Source of the DNA: Balanoglossus misakiensis
Taxonomy: Eukaryota > Animalia > Hemichordata
Direction of reading: 5' to 3'
Length of the DNA stretch: 64,000 bases
Assembly (NCBI GenBank): GCA_040954595.2
Contig: CM082587.2
Location: 2,571,000 to 2,634,999 of the forward strand
In this document: piece by piece, positions 38,774-50,992 of the stretch
How positions within the stretch are numbered: position 1 is the first letter of the stretch
Layout: each line of letters begins with the position of its first letter
The notes under the pieces: model-generated
The model's database searches: none
What the model saw: only the letters and a program-made list of their open reading frames with translations
Told to the model about the DNA's origin: nothing
Program-made: the position numbers and the translations under genes

Positions 38774-39242
38774 ATTGTCATTTTTGGATGATTTTCATGA
38801 GCTATAACCCATGTTTTTTTTTCAAAAAAATGAAGAAATTTTCATATTTCGCAAAGTCGAAAAATTGTCATTTTTGGATGATTTTCATGAGCTATAACCC
38901 ATGGTTTTTTCAAAAAAATGAAGAAATTTTGATATTTCGCAAAGTCGAAAAATTGTCATTTTTGGATGATTTTCATGAGCTATAACCCATGGTTTTTGTC
39001 GAAATTCGAAGAAATTTTGAAAATTCCCAAAGTCGAAAAATTGTCATTTTTGGATGATTTTTATGAGCTATAACCCATGGTTTTTGTCGAAAATCGAAGA
39101 AATTTTGAAAATTCCCAAAGTCGAAAAATTGTCATTTTTGGATGATTTTCATGAGCTATAACCCATGGTTTTTGTCGAAAATCGAAGAAATTTTGAAAAT
39201 TCCCAAAGTCGAAAAATTGTAATTTTCATAAGCTATAACCCA
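38769..39242 (+). repeat. Satellite right edge, forward orientation again: ~2 variant-D units then ~3 variant-A units
   Basis: caaaaaaatgaagaaattttcatatttcgc units, followed by ggtttttgtcgaaaatcgaagaaattttgaaaattcccaaag as at the left edge. The last unit carries a deletion. Confidence 0.93.
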
Positions 39243-39309
39243 ATTTTTCTTCATTTTTGACAATTCTCAAGAGGTATAACTGTCATAAATCACTCAAATA
39301 TTTCTATAT

Positions 39310-39371
39310 ACTAGTTATACTCTCGGCAACTGTCCAAGCGGACAAATTTGCCATTTAGAATAGATACTAGT
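39310..39371. mobile_element. Possible Helitron-type 3' terminus (hairpin plus CTAG|T), orientation ambiguous
   Basis: Imperfect hairpin ggcaac-tgtcc-aagc-ggaca-aatttgcc (39325-39352), flanked by ACTAGT 10 nt to the left and 14 nt to the right. No 5' terminus or Rep/helicase sequence was identified. Confidence 0.35.
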
Positions 39372-42300
39372 CGGAACTGCACCAGAAAGTGGAAAAATCG
39401 AAACTGCATCAAGCACACATAAGATCGCCGCTTAGTTACGTTAAAAAGAACATATTGATCGTATAGCTGGGGTCTATTCCGGCTGGTTGTGTTTATTAGA
39501 GAAGCAATTAAACTCGGGTAAATCTGAAAACTATACGGCAAACATGAAAGCGCACCCCCTTTTCCACTGGCTGTTTTTTTTTATCTTTTCAGTAAGCAAA
39601 ACACGCCGCAATAATGAATCGATTTCTCCGCGGTCTAACGTTAGCGTTTCTGGTCGGCAGCAAACGGTTTCAGGAGTCACTGAGCCTGCGCACGCCGTGC
39701 ACGCGGAAATCGCACTACTTAGTTATCTTTCAACGACTTCTGATTGGAATTCATATCATTAGAGCGGAGAGGAGGCATCGATCCTAGAAAGTTTGTCAGT
39801 TTCTCGAGTGATAGAAAGAGGGGCAAGGGATCACAGACAGAAGTGTAAACAGTGTTGGTTTGTTTTCGATCGAAATCAACTTGAGTTTGGATCACAAGGA
39901 TGGGTTTCACGCCGGCGATAACTAACCACGGATAGGATAGGATGGACACCCCAGAAGCTAATAATTTAATATTGCATATGGTTCTCTGTTATTTGTTGCG
40001 TGAAAATATTTAATCGGCCACCGGTATATAAAGAAAGGCGCCCAGTCTCGTTCAATAGGATATGCAGGTATTAAGTTAGAGCGAGCGCTTGACTTTTTGA
40101 CACTGCGACTAAAAAAATTCCGAAATATAAACATCGCAAATGTCGTCAAATATGTGTATATAACCCAAACTAGATATAATTCTCACCCGTAACACTTCAT
40201 AATATGAAACGATTTTTTAACACGATGTAATTGGTTTTCTCACTCACATTCACACTGTAACCAATCATCAATTCCGCCTTAATGTTTTTTTCTCCCCCTC
40301 TCTCTCTGTACTTTGAGAACAAACGCGCGCCGTTTCCCGCTTAAAGTGGTGAAAAGCGACCCCGCCTGGTCGCCATGGCAACAATGGTTTGCAGTACACC
40401 GTCGACAGGGGTGTCTGGTAGCTGCAACCAAGCTTAAGGGAATTGATTCTTCTAATCGCCCTATCCTGACTAACAAGAGCCGAGCAGCGGCATGTCTCAG
40501 TATCGTTTTAAGTGGTCTCCTACCATTTGAAGGGCCTTACAAAAGGCATTATAAGGGTGCCTTAATCCTCCGAATAAAAGATCGGCTGGCGAAAAAGGCG
40601 CGGGAGTTATTCAGTCGTGGACAACTAATTTGGCGAGGCCCAGTTTTTTTCCCCATTGTGAACGTAAATACGAAGAGCGGATAAGCGAGTTGGGATTTGC
40701 CTATTCTAGCGAAGTGAATACATTTAAAGTTAGATTATTGACTGCTTCAATTTCACCATTCACCATACAAATAAATATTTATCGGCGACCTGCTTGGAAG
40801 TGTGTTTTCAGTGCATTTAGCGACATCTACTTGGTGTTTTGCAGCGCCGTTATTCGGTGAGCACGTCCGCAACGGGCTCTCAATTATATGCCGCAACACA
40901 AAGAAATGAAAATACGATTTCGGCATTGATCTAGCGGACGCCAGCCGGATGCATGGTCATGCTGTGTTTATACGCTTTCAAAGGATATTAAAAATCGCCC
41001 TATTTTGAGTATAAAATCAAACACTTTCCCGTCGGCTCATTAATTTCGTCAGGTGAGACGGGCAACCCTTCCCACCGACTGGAAATTGCGCGGTAGACGG
41101 GAGTCAGACTTCTGTCAAACGACTAAATTGTGTGCAACTATGTTGATTGAACTACGGATCCAAGGGTACAGTACTTCGTTTACTGTGTTTGCCTGTAAAT
41201 CAGTTTGTAACAAGTATGGCGCAATTATTTTCTAGTTTTGTTCATTGGAATTCGAGCATCTATGCGTTCGCCCGCCATGTCTGGTTGACGTAGGTGTTCA
41301 GTGTATCTAATACCCGTGCGCGCATGTCTGTTTGTTTGTGTTAATGATCGTCAGCTTTTTTAAATTAATTAAGCATGGTTCCAAGAGTCATTTTGGGATG
41401 ATATGTCTACATTTATATTCTGACAGTTTTCACTTCAATGATACACCATTCCAGTGATGGCAGGAATTTTCTTATTTTCCACAGACCTGAGTTTTTTCGT
41501 TCGCGATTCTATAGAAACATCCTTGTTTTCTTAATGATGGCGGTGGCACTGTTTCCCCGTGGTTTGTTAAACGACTGTACATAATTATTTAGACTTGATG
41601 ATGCAGCAAAGAAAGGGATTAAAACAGTATTCTCATTTCTCCCAACATCTGTTCTTAAAGGGTGTGCTACATCAACAAACGACTGAAATAAATATGACAC
41701 GGAATATAAACTTAATCAACCGGTTGGCTGTTTCCGCGCGCTCGACTTTCGTATGTCGCGCTAAAACTTGAAAGAAATACACGCGAAACAATTTACGGCC
41801 TGTGACCGAATAAATATTTAGACCAAACTCTTTTGTTATATAGTCGATTTCGCATGATTGACGACTCATGACTTGACGACTTGGTGGCGATTTATGCTTT
41901 GAAACGTTATGAAAGTTGAAAGAAAATATGTCAGGCCCCGAAGACACAATGTTTAGCCTTCAAAGATCCGGAATGGTTTAATTAGGATAATTATCCCAAA
42001 TTTACATTAAACGTTTCCATTCGATATTGAATTATCCCTGCGTTTATTTTTGGAGGTGCAAGCCATAATGAGTTTGCCAACAAGGATTCAACGACACCTT
42101 AACAATTAATCTCATTTGATTACAAGTAATGTGTACAAATAAAAAAATGACGCGCCACATCTGTCGTTGTTCAGCTCAAGTATACTTTATTAACAAATTT
42201 CATCCCGTGACCGGGGTGAAAAGGGTAATACAAAGTCTCAAGGCAGGAATTACACTGAGAGCTATTTGGAAGTTTACACAATCAGAAACAAATGCAGAAA

Positions 42301-45300
42301 AACTTGGCTGACGAAATATAACTCCGCAATGTTTGCGACGTATCAACGAACTTCTGCGGAATGATACAAGTCGCCTTCGAAGGGAGTTGAACAAAGTAGT
42401 CCGTTCGGAAAAAGACGTTCCGCCGTGACCTGAACCCGAATGAACATAGACTACACAGATCGTATGTGGATGACCTCAACAGGTAACTACGATTTAGAAG
42501 TAAAAATGGAATTTGGGGGAAACACAGAATAGCACTGTGCTGAAGCGCATGAGATGCAATACGGCCTCCAAATTTTACCACACCTCTGTTTTTGGACACT
42601 TTGTTCCTTTGTTTAAAAAATAACCACTCTCATACCGAGCCACGTGGCAGTTTACCGGCAATGCTCTGATCACCTTACAGAAATTGCCAACCAGTCTCAA
42701 AATCCGACATATTGGGGCTATTTCAGTCTATTAAATAGCGGAAAATATCAGCGTTTATGAAAGATTTCGATATTTGTAAAAAATACCATACGAACGTATC
42801 AACATTCTTTTGTCCGGACTAATCCATATTTTCAGGAGGGCGTTATCAAGCATGACATATGTGGACAGATCAGGGTTTATTTATAAATGGGACGCTCTCC
42901 TTTTTTAAAAAAACTTGTTTTTTTTTCTGTAGCAATTTTGATCTGCTCAAATTAATCCTCGAAATATGTTTTCTCACTGACTGAAAACATTCAGAATGCC
43001 GCTTTTTGTCTCGACGTACAGCTCTTCGCCACTTCTGCGGATTTCGTTCAGCTGTTCAGTAATTCTGCACTTTTTTCGTGAAATTTCGCACTCTGAGTAT
43101 GGACCATAGTTCTTCTATTACATCACATATAGTTGAAACTAGAAAACAAGTCAGAATCTACTTAACTTGAAAACTGTTCAACACAGCAGGCCGGTGCTGT
43201 CAACAATCGGGTATTATTGTTACGAACAGGTCGGAGGTGAAAGGTCACAGGTAATAAACCGATAAACGACAAAATGATTTTATTAATCTAACTAAATTTT
43301 ATATCTTGAAATGTGTAAGAAATAACCACTTGGGAAATAAATATTAATTTATATTACTTTTAAGGACTTTTAGTTAAAATACATAAAGGATACGTGTCCA
43401 TTTCTAATGGTTGAACTTTTCTGTCACCTCACCCTGGATTCTCGCTTTCAAGTTCCGAACCCCACGAAATTGTCCATGGCAGTCCCTGCGGTTTAGCCGT
43501 CACTGTTTTGTCGCACATTTTGATTGTGGTAATAAAATATTTCCGCTTCAAAATAATTCCACCAGACTCAGTCGAAAAAAAACCTTGACGTTTTTTTGTG
43601 TGGTTTTTACTTTTAATTTCACGCCTTGAATTTGCGGGTGTTAAGACGGTGATATGCACGCACCTTCGCGCGACACTGCGTTCATGATTTCACCCAGCCT
43701 GGTTTTTTGTGTGTGTGATTGGCCTTCTCTGTGAATTGAGAGGAAAAAAAGAGCCTGATGAAAAAGTGTCGTTAAAGTGTTCATTACATGTTCATTTCAC
43801 TCCATAAACATGTTAATTTACCACTAAACAGCCAAGGCGTTTTGTTCGATTGTGGAAAAAACAGCAGCTCCGACTTAACCAGTTTGCAGATTTCAAAGCG
43901 CCTGGTTCGGTTCTATTTAGCCTGGAGCATAAAAGCCAGCCTTTGTTGCCTGCCCGAATACTTAGAAATAATTTAGGCACGCAAATTTCTAATGGCATTT
44001 TCAATTTCTTTAAATCCCCCCTCCATACGGATCCATTGCCGAACCAATCCGCGAAAATAGATTATTTGAATATTGTCATTTGTGTTCGTAATGATTCCCA
44101 TACGGAGTTCGTATTACTGTTTTTTCGACCGGTTTAATAGCACACGGAATCGACACGCAATCGACATTTCCCACAATGCATCTCACACCGCTGGCAGGAG
44201 AAGCTGGGAATGCCATGATAAGGCAGCAAAAAACATTCGTTTTTAATTGCCATCCCGTTTCCCACCGATTTGACAATCATTCCGTATGTTTCCATCGTAT
44301 GCGCGTACAGTCTTCCTGAATATTTATTTATGGATTTATCCCAATAGTTTCAAAGCAATAACACACTCCACCTGTAACGAGTCGAGTACAGGTATAACAG
44401 AAATATAGAACAACTACACAGTGACGTCGCGCGAGATGACGTCATACATTATGCCTGCGTCATGTGCTAATTAGACTTTCCTAAGACTGGTGCTTCAATC
44501 ATGATAGACAAACCAAACTGTTTCAGTTAAGAAAACAACGGTTACAAAATTTAAAATTGTCTTAAAATGAATACAAAACAGAAGCCACCAAAATATGAAT
44601 AGTTTTGTTGTTTTCTCTTATCCTCTACATTAACGACATTTATTTCTCAGTGTAGTGTGTTTTCTCACAGTCCCTCCAGTAGAGACTGTGGTTTATTTTG
44701 CTTTTTGGTTGTATGTTCAGCGTTTCTGTGGGAATTCCCCTGTGCAAGGCTATTCCATGATATAGAAATATGGACACCGATTTTTGAACCATAAACATAC
44801 ATTATCATTATTTTTGCTTCATTTAAAGGAGGGTCTCTCGGTCTACACGTCTTATATCCCGAAGTAAATTGTATCGCTGTTTAAGATCATTCTTCATGGA
44901 TTAAGAACATTTAGGGAGAAAACTGTGTTATCACAGCGGTTTTTCATGAGAATTTCGTTAAACTGTTTATTATTTATTTACCGTGTCAATTTAGCCCAAA
45001 TGATGTCAATAAGCCCTTAAATTGAGGTCACGTGGTGCTTCGCTCCGTGCTCCGCGCCTTAAACTGTTGTTCTTTGTGTTTCATAACTGTGGACCATCTT
45101 GCGTCGACGTTTTCAAAATAAATGGAAGTTACCATCCTCTCACGCAACCTTTAAACGCATGATGAGATTCCAATCGTGTGTTTACTTTGCAGCCTGCCGT
45201 CGACTGGTTTACCGCAAGGAGAACCTGGCCGAGTCACAGAGACCAGACACCTCGTCCAACTTGAAGCACTGAGGTAAGCGCACCCCATGTAATATACTAG

Positions 45301-46988
45301 TATGCGCTCATGTTGTTTTAGATGGCGGAGAGGACGTCGTCGATGTAGATCGAATCGCCATGACCTCATCAGTTGGGGCGTTTGAGCTTCACAGAGTTTG
45401 TCACGTTTGTGTAAGTTTGATATTCACCGCATTCACAGAAATCGGGGGGTTCATCCTAAGATTTTCGACAAATAATTTCTGAAGTTACTCTTCATTAAAA
45501 CGGTCGCCCTACGTTTTTTGATGCGCTTTCCGTCTGGATGGAGTCGTCGCTCAAACAAAGGCAGTTTACCAAGCCAAGAAGTTCTTTAGTCATTGCATTC
45601 TAGCCTGTTTGTTGTCGTTGTCAACATCTACTTACCTCGATGTCGCAGGGTCCCATGAATGCACTACACACTCACTGATTTCACCCGGGAGAAGTCACCG
45701 CAAGAGCAATTCCGTAATAGCCTCTGAGAAACGGGGGTCTAAGAGCTTTGCCATCGGCGGCTGTCAATCAACGGGGATCTTAATTTCATGGGGCCTCGAA
45801 TCACACGCTTGGCTTCGGGCAGCATTTTTGTACTGCCGCGGACAACGACAATCCGCCAACCGCGTCAATATTTCCCTGGGAATTTTTGGGTGCATGGCCA
45901 CTTGTGGTTACCATGGGGAATGGTCGCCATGGCGATATCCGCCCAAGACATTTATTTGGGTGATTAGAAGTCGACACGGCGCGCGAAGAAAGCGGGTACG
46001 GTGTCAGGGTGTTATAAAGGAAAGGCATTGTGATGAGAATTTGGGTGAATCGAGAAGCAGTGATGGACGCTGTCAGTCAGAGACTCTCGCTGAAGGAACG
46101 CGCAAGGAGAGCGTCTTAATTTAAACCTGACGCGTCCTTGCGCGGGACAGAACCAATTCTCAATGACTATACGGGTGCAATCGATGACGAGAGAGTGCTT
46201 CTCTCCATACTCTAACGGAAGATATACAAAAACTTGCTTGTAGTACCCCACCGTTGCATCTTCTATTTATCAATTTATCACTAAAATACGCAAAGGTGAA
46301 TAGGAGGTAAAAGAACACTGTACTCACTTACCGGGAGCCAAAGTGAAACTGACAGAGATTTTGAATGTATGGTAGGTGTTACGTAAGACTGACAAGTCAG
46401 GGTGATTTACATATAATGCGGGAAAATTATGATGTGTAAATTACCAAGTGACTAAAAATAACTGGAGTGCATACAGAAAGCCAACCTGCGAGAGACTGTG
46501 TTATGTTATAGCTACATCGGCACAGGTTACTAACCACCACTGTGCAAACAACAGCTTTATTTATATAATGCGAGCCATTATCTCACAAATAACATCAATT
46601 TGCACGAGTTTTTTTTTATAAAGGCTAGAAAAAATGAGCTTTTATTTTATTTGCTTTCTTATGAGTTCATTGTACTATAGGATCGAAAATTATGAAGGTC
46701 TAGGTTCAGATTAGTTTTAGTGAAGGAAATGGGAGACTGCAGACGAGTTTGAGTTCATCATCATTTCCTCGGTGTGTGAAGGTTTTAGAGAACGGGACAT
46801 GCGCATTGTGGAGGCGATGTTCTAAATGATGACGTCACTTGCACGGTTTGATTATGCGCACGTAACTAAATCATCATTATGCCCGTTTGAAGTTCACATT
46901 AGCGTGAGTTTGTCAGTTACGGGGTAAACGGTTAGTTTGTCAGTAACCACAATGTCGTTGGTGGCGATGACGGCGTTTGTGGGACCAA

Positions 46989-47055
46989 GACGACGACGAC
47001 GACGACGACGATGGTGATGGTGATGGTGATGATGATGATGATGATGATGATGATG
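46989..47055. repeat. Compound microsatellite (GAC)7(GATGGT)3(GAT)n
   Basis: Read directly from the sequence. Confidence 0.95.
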
Positions 47056-47597
47056 TCTAGAATGCATTGAATATCCGCGTTCATTAAAAGGAGTCAGAAT
47101 TTTATTTCCCAGTCCGCCAAGGCGAAGTGTTTAAAACTCCGGCGTAAACTAGCATACGTTTTCCTATCAAATATTCCCTGATATGGCAAGACAAAAAATT
47201 AAAATTTTTGAAAGCATGGTCATTCACATCGTCCGGGCACGTGTGTTCCGAAGCCGTAAGCGCGGGGGTCCCTCATTATTGGCGGGGCTCCGGGACTACC
47301 GGCCCTTGTTTGCGCACAGTGGCGGCGGACAAAAATGAACAGATCGCGGTTCAGACGGTTGTGCTATCCGTGTTTTCACTTACACAATGAAATGGCAGAC
47401 ACACGTACTTAATACCACCCCAATTCTATTACAACGCATGATTTATGGGCATGCTCTTAACACCTAACATTAAGGAGAATTTAACGAGAAAAGCAAAGAC
47501 ATCTTTTCCAATGAGCTAGACGCAATGAGTTAAATTACAAATTCGGCAATCTGTTCAATTTTTCCGCAATTTTCCACCACAGACAACGATGGAATCG

Positions 47598-47645
47598 CTC
47601 TCTCCCCCTCTCTCTCCCCTCTCACTCCTCTCCCTCCCCCTCTCT
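47598..47645. repeat. CT-rich polypyrimidine tract
   Basis: ctctccccctctctctcccctctcactcctctccctccccctctct. Confidence 0.8.
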
Positions 47646-50165
47646 TTGTACAAATACGCGCGACAATTACATTCTCGTCCATGTGATGTCGATGCTCGCA
47701 AGCTAGTCATCGGAAATAGAAAGAAACCGGTTATGTCGTGCTGACATGTCGCACTGTCGTGTCGCTCTCTTTTTTTATTAATTAATGTCATACGAAGCGG
47801 TGACGTGTAAAGTGACGTCGAAGGGTTAGCGTGTTATCCTCGGGGCCCAAGGGCAAATTTAATGTACACCTCCATTATCATTAGTAGCCACTTCGATTTA
47901 TCTTCGTGTCACCAGCCTTAACAATGAAGAAACCGAACGCGTCAGTGGCTTATGGTCGGTGCGTCACGGGTGCACGGTACGGGTTACAGTTTCTCGTGGC
48001 GAGAGTGTCATTGTAATAATGGGTACATTTCGCTGACGTTTTTGCGGGCGGTTTGTATTAGTTTTAAATTCCCCATCCCTTTTGGTAGTACAGGAAGAGC
48101 GTGGCTGCAAGTAAAGTGGTGACAAGTGCGAGTTCAGGGCGATATGGTCGATATTGGCCTACGAAACTGACGCTGAGAAATTTTCCCCGTCCGGGGAGCT
48201 TGAATCCTACCAGTACAAGAGTACCGGCGCGCTCGCTCTCGACTGCGCCCTCGAATACCAATCAGATCTCAATGCGATCATAATGTGCTCACATTACGAA
48301 CTCTTATCGCTGCCGAGGTCTGTACTTAACATGTTGCAATGTTAGGTGCATGTTTATCTTGAAATACATCAGATTATTTTCCCGGTGTCGCTTTCACGTC
48401 AAAAAAGCATGTGACCAGGTTATCGCGGCGTTTCATCACATTAACGAAATTGCCGAGCAGAACGTGCGCCGCGTCAGTACGGGAGTGCCCGGTTGAGAAC
48501 AAAAATGCAGGATGGTCGTTGTCGTAATTTGAGCGTCCCGGGCCGTTAATATTCTCAAGCAATCTTTCTCTTTCGACAGATTTTCTTTGCGAGTGTCCGA
48601 CAAGCAGGGCTTCACAAAAAGAAACAGTTGTCGGCGTAATGAAACGCCAGTTCCAGGTGGGACGCCTGTCCTAAGTCTCCAAACTACAGTTTCGCATTTA
48701 AAGAAAAATTAAAATAAACCGACGGTCGCTTTTCACGCGACATCATCGACAAGTGGTGGTCTTGATTGTCTATTCCCTGGTCATTTGTTTACTTGCGACT
48801 CGCTGAAAGCATTTTCAGTGATCCATTAAAAAACCACCAACTGTTCGGTAAATTCTGTCTCATTTAGCGGCCGAACGCTGCTCAATCAACGCTGCGCTAT
48901 GATTTGTCGTTACATAATCATAAACAAAAGGGGAACTCGCTAGGTACGTGTGTGTCCCGCCAGCCACGCCAATTCAGTCCGACAGTTGCATATAAAAAAC
49001 ACGCTTGATTATATCCTGTGGATACTTTGGCCATCACAACTGGCGGAAAAAAACTTTCCAAAATTAACTTGTAATTCAGAGTAGTAATTAGAAGAATCTG
49101 GCATCGCAAAACACGAAACCTGTGAAAATGATTGCAGATGTTATTAATACGAAATACATAACACGTGACAGGCCGAGGCGAGTGCTGGTACATCGTCACG
49201 GTAAGAGCGACGAAAGACAACCATGCCGGCCATCTTCGCGATTAACACCCCACACCAGGGAAAGTCTGTCTGTCCTTTGCCGCAAAATCCCACCACAAGA
49301 CAACGAAAAAAGGTTCAAGTTGCGAGTTAATTGTATCGTTTTTGAGAGAATATATTGCATTTTGAACCACAGACAGCAGAGGGTACCATACGGTTAGTCC
49401 GAGTGCCTTTCACAACAAGAACAAAGGACAAACAATGAGAGTTCTGGTATTATAACAGTTGGGATTTCTTTTATTGTTCGTTTTCTTCATATTCTTTCAC
49501 TTCAGTCCAACTTCTCCAAGTGACATTATTGATGTGGTCGCGCATATCGAGTATTGGTTAATAAAATCATAAAACGCAAGCAGCAGAAACGCGATGTCAT
49601 ATATACACTCTCCGAAAAATGAGAAATATCTTGTCGACATTGAATGTTACACACATGTGTTGTCAACTTCCTATTAGAGACAGAATCACACGCCTAATAG
49701 CCATTCTCAGCGGCCGATTTTAGTTACACGGTACAGGGTGAGTCGCTGGTTCCCGCAATACCCGCAGGAAAACAAGAAACTCGGGCGTCTAAATAAGTCC
49801 CATGAATGCAATATCAGTGTATTTTTCACAGAACGCTCGCCTTCTCGTTTCGCTGGTTTGATGGGTCTTCTGGGGGTTTAAACAATCGCGGGAGAACGCA
49901 GCAGCTTGGACAGAGGGAAGGTTGCGGTCTCCCCACGCCGTCCGTGCCGCCAACTGTTACGAAGACAGCGCCGAGCGCCGCTCGTATTTTCGATTGGCCG
50001 AGAGTCGCTGTGTCACAGTTGTGGCAGCTCGTGCGCGTGCACGCCCCGGTGTGTTGTAAGCGTGATTTGTCAAAATTATACGAGGCACGGGGCACGTCGC
50101 CATCACCGCCAGATGAGGAAAAGGTAAATAGTGTGTACCCGCCACCTGATTTTAGACCCGCGCAC

Positions 50166-50221
50166 GAGAGAGAGAGGGAGAGAGAGAGAGAGAGAGGGGG
50201 GGGGGGAGAGAGAGAGAGAGA
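50166..50221. repeat. Interrupted (GA)n / poly-G purine tract
   Basis: Read directly from the sequence. Confidence 0.9.
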
Positions 50222-50953
50222 TTCTTTTCCCGATGATAAATTGATGTTCCGTATGTCGGTTGTAGCGAGTGTCCCCGGGTGGCACAAAGCGTCACTGGTA
50301 CTTACTAGACCGTCAACACAATGTTATTGGTACAAGACTGCTAAAGCCTCTGGGATTCGCATCTAATGTGGTTTTACAGAAAATCTTTATCGGCATACTC
50401 GGCCTGGGCTGGCGGGCCAAATGAGTGTGTCTGGATCAGAACGTAATCCCCATTAAGCCGCGTTGTTTCAAATAACGGCAAAAAAGAGATACTTAACTGT
50501 GGTCTCCAGTGCTGTCCCCTAATCCCCCGTATGTACGAAATCTCACGGATTTCGCGAGAACGGCTCGAGATCTCATCAACGAAAAAAACAGAGCAAGATG
50601 TGTAAATATCTCAAAGCAGACATCTGTGACCACGTCTTGGGACAACGACATTTTAACAACCCTAAATATCACGCCCTGTCCGCTCGGCGTCTGCGGTGAT
50701 TTCTCTTTATTCAACCTTTTCACTGACGACAGGCGATGACAAATGTGCCGAAAAGTACTTAACCAACTTTATTGCTACCAGCCCAGGTTTTAGTATGAGC
50801 GGTGTTATGAATAAAGCATATAAAATGAGAATAAAACGAAAGTAAAAGTATAGCGTAGGAAATAGTAGATCTGTGTGTCACTGATTACTAACAGAAAGTT
50901 TTCGACTAAAGTTTACAGTGGCTGGGAAGGAATACACGTGATAAAATGGTTAT

Positions 50954-50992
50954 ACATCACATCACATCACATCACATCACATCACATCACAT
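50954..50992. repeat. (ACATC)n pentanucleotide microsatellite, about 8 units
   Basis: acatcacatcacatc... Confidence 0.95.

Larger units (their letters stand above)
13450..39242. repeat. Satellite DNA array, 87/88-bp monomer, ~295 copies, ~25.8 kb, with an internal inversion
   Basis: The landmark gagctataaccc recurs every 88 bp (13516, 13604, 13692...) and then every 87 bp. The ORF track shows a matching 29-aa period. Confidence 0.99.

Noticed and set aside
14480-38985. Very long ORFs (up to 1998 aa) of repeated MGYSSGKSSKIEDFSTLRILKIWSFFEKI
   Set aside because: These are an artefact of an 87-bp (3x29) monomer that lacks stops in one frame. The ORFs flip strand with the inversion, are broken by 1-bp indels and stops that were themselves duplicated, and the 88-bp edge variant does not keep frame. 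There are no splice signals or unique termini.
13450-39242. CRISPR array or CENP-B-box-containing centromeric repeat
   Set aside because: There are no unique spacers, only contiguous monomers in a eukaryotic context. The TTCG-containing segments do not match the CENP-B box TTCGnnnnAnnCGGG. Centromere function cannot be inferred from sequence alone.
45609-46124. 171-aa ORF upstream of BarH
   Set aside because: Non-ATG start, no recognisable domain and no convincing exon structure; more likely non-coding regulatory DNA.
49806-50366. 186-aa (+) and 153-aa (-) ORFs
   Set aside because: They are kept open partly by the (GA)n tract (ERERER, LSLSLS), and I recognise no homology.
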